Source of the DNA: Fidelibacterota bacterium
GTDB taxonomy: Bacteria; Fidelibacterota; Fidelibacteria; Fidelibacterales; Fidelibacteraceae
NCBI GenBank assembly: GCA_021157965.1
Contig: JAGGVO010000041.1
Coordinates: 224,119 to 256,118, forward strand
Length of the DNA: 32,000 nt
Direction: 5' to 3'
Below, in pieces: positions 26,881 to 32,000 of this stretch; positions within the stretch are counted from its first letter, which is position 1; the number at the start of each line of letters is the position of its first letter. A model generated the notes under the pieces. That model saw only the letters and a program-made list of their open reading frames with translations. It searched no databases and had not been told where the DNA came from. The translations under genes and the position numbers were made by a program.

Positions 26881-27571
26881 TGACAGGATGCGTTATAAAA
26901 CATTCGACAGAGACGGCTGGAAAATTATATACGCCTCCCTGCTTACGGGGATTCTGGCCTTTTTCCTCCTCTTTGTCAGTCGGGCGACCAATGAAGCGAC
27001 ATCCGTATTCAGTTTTTCAGACAATCTGACAGCCCGGATCGGCCGTCAGCTGGAGCAGATCAGGGAACGGGAAGGAATGGATTGGCTGTATATTGAAAAC
27101 ACAGGAACAAAAGGGATTAAAATTCTCATTCCCTCCCGGGTGGAAAACCAGCCCTTTTTTAATTCAGCATCGGATGAAATCAACCCCAATTTTTATCCCT
27201 ATCTGGCACAGCTTGTGAGTCTGATCAATGAAACCGACCTTCCCCTGCTGGAGGCGATGTACCGGGAACAGATTGCCCGGATTGAATCCTATGGATACTA
27301 CATCGATACGGATATCCGAATTGAAGGACATTCGGATCAGCAACCTATCCGAACACAACGGTTTTCGGATAATTGGGATCTGTCCACAGCCAGGGCTTAT
27401 CAGGTGATGCAATATCTGCAATACCGCCTGCCTGTGCCGGAGGATTATTTTTCGATTGCGGGATACGGCTCCTTTCATCCTTTGCACGATGTCAGAAACT
27501 GGGACGAGAACCGCCGGGTCGAAATCTATATTAAGGTGAATATGATAAACAGGCGGGGCGGAACATCATGA
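26873..27571 (+). CDS. MotB-like protein lacking the channel aspartate (paralog 2)
   Basis: WKIIYASLLTGILAFFLLFVS in place of the W..xxDxMT segment (Ser at 26936-26938); OmpA-like IEGHSDQQPI, NWDLSTARAYQVMQY, ENRRVEIYI. Confidence 0.85.
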   Translation: MTDDRMRYKTFDRDGWKIIYASLLTGILAFFLLFVSRATNEATSVFSFSDNLTARIGRQLEQIREREGMDWLYIENTGTKGIKILIPSRVENQPFFNSASDEINPNFYPYLAQLVSLINETDLPLLEAMYREQIARIESYGYYIDTDIRIEGHSDQQPIRTQRFSDNWDLSTARAYQVMQYLQYRLPVPEDYFSIAGYGSFHPLHDVRNWDENRRVEIYIKVNMINRRGGTS

Positions 27572-28272
27572 AACTTTTTTCCACACGGCAGGACACCTTG
27601 TCCAGTCGTGAAAGGGCTGTCCGCTCCGGGTGGATTCTCTCTTTTGGTGATATCATGACCCTTTTGCTGACATTTTTCATCATGATGATTGCCCGTCAGT
27701 CAGGTGAAATCAGCCGGATCCACCGGTGGACCCATGACCGGCTGCAAGAAACCGGCCGGGAAATCCGTTTAGCCATTGAAAAGCAGGATTTGTCAGCCTT
27801 TACTGTGAACTATCATTCAAAAGGCGTACAGATTACCATCAGCGGTGAATCGCTGTTTAATCCGGGAGAGGCAGAACCCCTTCCGGAGTTCAGGCGTCAA
27901 CTGACAGATCTGGCACATGCGATTCGCACTCTGGATATTCTGGATTTGACTCAAACGGAACATCGGCAGTTGCTTCGGGAATTGCGGGAAAACGGCCTGG
28001 CCTGGCAGGTGGAAATCCGCATAGAGGGACATACGGATAATGTCCCCTTAGGTCCTAATGTCCGGTTTAGGGACAACTGGGAATTGAGCGCCGCCCGGGC
28101 CCAGAGTGTGATGCGGATTCTACATCAGGAAACAGAAATTCCTGAGGAACGTTTTGCCGTGGCTGGCTTTGGTGAGTTCAACCCTGTGGCGTCCAACGAG
28201 ACTGAATCGGGGAGAAACCGGAACCGGCGTGTAGAAATCTATATTGATGCTTCCATTCAAAAAATTCAGTAA
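27568..28272 (+). CDS. MotB-like protein with channel aspartate (paralog 3)
   Basis: WILSFGDIMTLLLTFFIMMIA (Asp at 27649-27651); IEGHTDNVPLG, NWELSAARAQSVM, NRRVEIYI; 4-nt overlap with the preceding gene. Confidence 0.9.
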   Translation: MKLFSTRQDTLSSRERAVRSGWILSFGDIMTLLLTFFIMMIARQSGEISRIHRWTHDRLQETGREIRLAIEKQDLSAFTVNYHSKGVQITISGESLFNPGEAEPLPEFRRQLTDLAHAIRTLDILDLTQTEHRQLLRELRENGLAWQVEIRIEGHTDNVPLGPNVRFRDNWELSAARAQSVMRILHQETEIPEERFAVAGFGEFNPVASNETESGRNRNRRVEIYIDASIQKIQ

Positions 28273-28326
28273 TCTATAGGCAGGTGATTTCGTACACTCT
28301 TCCAACAAAAACATATCGGGAGAATT

Positions 28327-29400
28327 ATGGAACTTGGATTCATCGGCGTTAAATTTTCCGGAAAAAGCACCCTTTTTGAACTTCTCACCGGGAATCATTT
28401 TGAAATCCTCCGGTCCGGTCTGGCGGAATCCCGGCGGGGAAGGGTGGTAGTTCCTGATCCTCGTGTGGATAACCTTTCTGACATTTTCAAGCCGAAGAAA
28501 ACGACGCATGCCACATTCAATTGCATTGATATCATGGGTATTCCGTCAGGGAACCGGCACGATACATCTTCAAAATATCTGGAAGCGGTTCGTCAGGTGG
28601 ATGGCCTGGTGGCGGTTGTCCGTGTTTTTGAAGGCTACGGGGATGACGGGAAACCTGTTACCATCAATCCTCCCGGTGAAATCCGGCATCTGGAAGAGGA
28701 AATACAATTTGCCGACCTGGTAGTTGCTGAAAGTCGCCTTGAGAAGGTGGAACATCTGAAACAGCGGGGAGCTCCCCAGTATGATAAACATGAACATGAA
28801 ATTCTGATACGGTGCAAAGAAGCGTTGGACGAGGGTCAGCCTATTCGTGAAATCCCTTTTACGGAGGAAGAAGAAAAGCGAATCCGGGGATTCCAGTTTT
28901 TGTCCGCCAAACCCCTCCTGGCAATTCTGAACTGCAGCGATACGTTGTACGAGAATCGGGACGCTTATATCCGGGAGGTGAAAGAAAAATTTCCGAATAT
29001 GGCTGTAACCGCTGTATCAGCCCTGTCAGAAAAGGAGATTCAGGAGCTGGAAGAAGATGATCGGGCGCTTTTCATGGAAGAACTGGGGATCGATGAACCG
29101 GCCATTCATCATGTCATCCGGGCGGCTTATGAAGGACTTGGACTTTTAAGTTTTTTTACAGTTGGAGAAGATGAGGTCAAAGCCTGGACACTCCGGCAGG
29201 GACTCACAGCACCTGCAGCAGCCGGTGTTATACACTCCGATCTGGAAAAGGGGTTTATCCGGGCGGAAGTCATTTCTTATGATGTGTTTATGGAAACCCA
29301 ATCCATGACAAAAGCGAAAGCGAATGGTCAGGTCCGCCTGGAGGGAAAAGACTATGTTGTACAGGATGGTGATATATTAAATATTCGATTTAACGTATAG
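28327..29400 (+). CDS. divergent YchF/OLA1-like GTPase with C-terminal TGS domain
   Basis: P-loop GFIGVKFSGKSTLFELLTG; DIMGIPSG; FFTVGEDEVKAWTLRQGLTAPAAAGVIHSDLEKGFIRAEVISYDVF; GKDYVVQDGDILNIRFNV. Confidence 0.8.
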   Translation: MELGFIGVKFSGKSTLFELLTGNHFEILRSGLAESRRGRVVVPDPRVDNLSDIFKPKKTTHATFNCIDIMGIPSGNRHDTSSKYLEAVRQVDGLVAVVRVFEGYGDDGKPVTINPPGEIRHLEEEIQFADLVVAESRLEKVEHLKQRGAPQYDKHEHEILIRCKEALDEGQPIREIPFTEEEEKRIRGFQFLSAKPLLAILNCSDTLYENRDAYIREVKEKFPNMAVTAVSALSEKEIQELEEDDRALFMEELGIDEPAIHHVIRAAYEGLGLLSFFTVGEDEVKAWTLRQGLTAPAAAGVIHSDLEKGFIRAEVISYDVFMETQSMTKAKANGQVRLEGKDYVVQDGDILNIRFNV

Positions 29401-29408
29401 GATAAACC

Positions 29409-29858
29409 ATGGCCAGACCGCAAAAAAACAGGCATGTTAAAAATCCACCCCGTTTCAGACAGTTCAAACCCCTGGGAATTCCTTCGCGGCAACTGGATGA
29501 ACTTATTCTTTCCCTGGATGAATATGAAGCACTCCGGCTTGCAGACGGCGAGAGATATAACCAGTCCCGGGCGGCGGAGCTGATGGGCATTTCGCGTCCT
29601 ACCTTTACAAGACTGATCGAAAGCGCCAGGTATAAAATGGCGGAATTTCTAGAAAAAGGTCCTCTTCTCACGATCGACGGAGGTGCCGTTCACTTTCTGA
29701 AGGATCAGTGGTGGTGCCGGAAATGCGGCCATGCCTTCAGTGGCGAATTGGTAACCCATCCCGGTCAATGTCCCCAATGCGGCAGTACGGATCTCCACTC
29801 CCTGGCAGAAAGATACGGCCATGGAATATGTTGCCGGGAATCATCAAATTATTTTTAA
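29409..29858 (+). CDS. DUF134/UPF0251 family DNA-binding protein with C-terminal zinc ribbon
   Basis: LDEYEALRLADGERYNQSRAAELMGISRPTFTRLIESARYKMAEFL; WWCRKCGHAF..CPQCGSTD. Confidence 0.85.
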   Translation: MARPQKNRHVKNPPRFRQFKPLGIPSRQLDELILSLDEYEALRLADGERYNQSRAAELMGISRPTFTRLIESARYKMAEFLEKGPLLTIDGGAVHFLKDQWWCRKCGHAFSGELVTHPGQCPQCGSTDLHSLAERYGHGICCRESSNYF

Positions 29859-30513
29859 AAAGCAGGAAGTTAACACCTCGATGCACCCGCTTTGTGGTCT
29901 GCCCGGTGACCGGAAAGATGGAAGATTGGATGAATGTAAGACAAAAAATCAGACACCATATATAATAATATTATTTTACATTAAGCTCGATTCCTGTGTA
30001 TTTTTCTCCCGGGGTAGTGGGCGATCACATCGCAGAATCCATATATCCGATTTCTCTTATTATCGTTATAGCAGACAATAGAAAATTCAATCAATCATAT
30101 CAATCTGACAATCTCTACCCCATAACGGGATTAACAATTCTCAGCTCTTTACTCAATTCAGAATTCCGGTATACCTCTCCTCAGTATCTAACAACATCAC
30201 GTTAGCATCCGTCAGGAATTGGGCCGTTTTCAGATCGGTGAATCGTTCCCAAATGTTTCCGCTGCATGGTTTGCCCGCCCAGGATCTGTATAGACAGGAT
30301 TATAAATATTTAATTGTTTTTTTCATTCTCTTTTTTGATTTATTTGGGATATAACCAGTTTTCATAAGCTTTGTTGTTGATGTAGTTCACGTGAAAAAGG
30401 AGGCCTGCCTTTAAATCTGTAAAATTTGTTTAATAAACGGCAGGAATCCCTTATTTTTAACAGTTATGATAACGAATCGTTTCAGGGAAGAAACACAGTG
30501 AGGTGTTGAAAAA

Positions 30514-30963
30514 ATGACTACATATCTTGAAAAAATTCAGCTTGATTTAAAGGACGCCATGAAAAAACGGGATGCCGTGCGTACCCGAACATTGCGAATG
30601 CTCCTATCCAAATTGAAAGAGAAACGCATTGAGGTGCTCCACGACCTGAAAGAAGAGGAAGAGTTGACGGTAATCCGGAAAGCAGCCAAAGAACGCCAGG
30701 ATTCTGCCCGGACTTATCAGGAGGCGGGCCGGACTGATTTGGCGGAAAAGGAAGAAGAGGAGTTGAAAATTATTGAAACGTACCTTCCTGCGGAAATGGA
30801 CGATGAAGCCATCCGTCAGATAGTCCGAAAAATTATCCGAAAAAGCGGGGCCGAAAGTATCCGGGATCTTGGAAAGGTTATGGGACCGGCCATGAAAGAA
30901 CTGACCGGCCGTGCAGACGGGAAACGGGTCCAAATAATAGTTCGGGAAGAACTGGGAGGTTAA
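30514..30963 (+). CDS. yqeY: GatB/YqeY domain-containing protein
   Basis: LDLKDAMKKRDAVRTRTLRMLLSKLK, RQDSARTYQEAGRTDLAEKEEEELKIIETYLPAEM, ADGKRVQIIVREELG. Confidence 0.9.
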   Translation: MTTYLEKIQLDLKDAMKKRDAVRTRTLRMLLSKLKEKRIEVLHDLKEEEELTVIRKAAKERQDSARTYQEAGRTDLAEKEEEELKIIETYLPAEMDDEAIRQIVRKIIRKSGAESIRDLGKVMGPAMKELTGRADGKRVQIIVREELGG

Positions 30964-30964
30964 T

Positions 30965-31696
30965 ATGCACTGGATGGATATCCTGGCCATTATCATTGTT
31001 GCCTGGTTTGTAGTAAAAGACTATTTCAACGGATTGATTTTAAGCAGTTTCCGGCTGATTGGGCTGGTGCTGGGTATTATCATCGGATCAAATTACAGTG
31101 TGAGTGTGGGGAACGCCCTTTTTGGCCGTTTTGACTGGAATCCCACCCTGATCATGGCACTGGGATTTGTCGTCATTTTCCTCGGTGTTGTGATTATATC
31201 ACAGATTCTGGCCAACCTGATCCGGGCAGCTCTGAACCTTGTCCTTTTAGGCTGGGTGGATAAACTGGGTGGTATTGCCCTGGGCGTTTTAAAGGCCGTG
31301 ATTGTCCTGAGTGTTATTTTCTGGATTTTTGATCTGATGCCCAACAATAACTGGGTTCCTAAAATTAAACAGAATGCTAAAAGTTATGAACTTCTTGAAC
31401 GCGTTGTTCCTGTGGTTCATAAAACCCTCATTGAACCCTTTTTTGATGAAGGCAAACTTCGTCAGCAGTTGAATAACAGAGTCCGGGAGGATATTCTGCC
31501 GGCAATCCAGGGTACGACAGAGGAATTTGCCAGGCACCTTCGCCAGATGGATGCTTTTGATTTTCAGGAACAGCAGTATCTTGTGGAAAATTTTAAGAAA
31601 CTGCCCCTGCCTGAGCGAAAAGAGATTATGCTGAAATTAAAAAAGGGGGGACAGGAAATGCGTGAAGCCATAGAACGATTGAACCAGGGATTATGA
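30965..31696 (+). CDS. CvpA family membrane protein
   Basis: MDILAIIIVAWFVVKDYFNGLILSSFRLIGLVLG, four hydrophobic segments, WVDKLGGIALGVLKAVIVLSVI. Confidence 0.8.
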   Translation: MHWMDILAIIIVAWFVVKDYFNGLILSSFRLIGLVLGIIIGSNYSVSVGNALFGRFDWNPTLIMALGFVVIFLGVVIISQILANLIRAALNLVLLGWVDKLGGIALGVLKAVIVLSVIFWIFDLMPNNNWVPKIKQNAKSYELLERVVPVVHKTLIEPFFDEGKLRQQLNNRVREDILPAIQGTTEEFARHLRQMDAFDFQEQQYLVENFKKLPLPERKEIMLKLKKGGQEMREAIERLNQGL

Positions 31697-31703
31697 CAGG
31701 ATT

Positions 31704-32000
31704 ATGATACACCCCGAAGCGGTCCTGGGGTTTGACCGGGTCCGGCGTCTTCTCCGGGCGGAGACCTTTACGGAAAAGGCCGGTGACCTGGCAGGTAATT
31801 TGCATTCTTTCCAACCTCCTGAAACCTTCCGGAAAACACAGGATTTAATCCTCGAAATGCGGGATCTCATTGCCCTGGATACGGCACTTCCCCTCTCCGG
31901 TTTCAGCGATCAGATCCATATTTTTAAACGTGCAGCTGTACAGGGAACGGCCTTATCGGGTGAAGAGCTCTTCACGCTGGGATCCATTCTTCAAACCGGC
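31704..32000 (+). CDS. mutS2: MutS2-like protein, N-terminal fragment (runs off the window)
   Basis: Manual translation from the ATG at 31704: MIHPEAVLGFDRVRRLLRAETFTEKAGDLAGNLHSFQP...LSGFSDQIHIFKRAAVQGTALSGEELFTLGSILQTG; matches the MutS2 N-terminus and the common cvpA-mutS2 order. Confidence 0.7.
   Translation, partial: MIHPEAVLGFDRVRRLLRAETFTEKAGDLAGNLHSFQPPETFRKTQDLILEMRDLIALDTALPLSGFSDQIHIFKRAAVQGTALSGEELFTLGSILQTG

Noticed and set aside
26873-27571. The Asp-less MotB-like gene as a pseudogene
   Set aside because: The frame is intact, the OmpA-like domain motifs are preserved, and start and stop overlap both neighbours, so translation appears to be under selection.
29996-30205. Small ORFs (29821..30081 and 29996..30205) as genes in the intergenic gap
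   Set aside because: Composition is non-protein-like with overlapping frames and no family motif. Not supportable as CDS.
1-32000. CRISPR array, tRNA/rRNA genes, transposases or integrases
   Set aside because: No spaced direct repeats, no recognisable RNA gene and no mobile-element proteins were seen on reading either strand. A computational scan would be needed to exclude small elements.

Overview
The window holds two large gene blocks plus housekeeping genes. (1) On the minus strand, about 1.7-10.07 kb, is a tightly overlapping aromatic amino acid block: yjbQ-like, chorismate mutase, FL-type DAHP synthase, TyrA-PheA fusion, aroA, aroE, aroC, aroK, aroB, aroQ. It is followed by a TlpA-like lipoprotein and a CPBP protease. 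(2) On the plus strand, 11.56-19.40 kb, is an eight-gene unit that looks like a flagellar-motor-derived machine without a flagellum. It encodes two lipoprotein-type coiled-coil proteins (FxLYD-like and CpoB/YbgF-like), a second TPR protein, a beta-barrel/coiled-coil/TPR protein, MotA, MotB, a truncated FliF-like protein and a FliG-like protein. The FliF-like protein has one ring-building domain, a periplasmic coiled coil, one TM and a FliG-binding-like tail. The FliG-like protein keeps charges at torque positions but has lost the FliM-binding EHPQ motif. The unit is bracketed by a sigma70-like promoter and a strong terminator. A second stator-like cassette (MotA plus two tandem MotB-like proteins, one lacking the channel Asp) lies at 26.06-28.27 kb. 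It is preceded by a degenerate acyl-adenylate-enzyme-like protein and a GAF/HD-GYP protein. No FliM/FliN, export apparatus, hook, rod or filament genes occur in the window. The rest includes a baeRF-type eRF1-like protein, a ferritin-like protein, PlsC-like, SixA-like, a divergent YchF-like GTPase, DUF134, YqeY, CvpA and the start of mutS2. I saw no CRISPR array, tRNA, rRNA or transposase. All family calls are from reading motifs; no searches were run.
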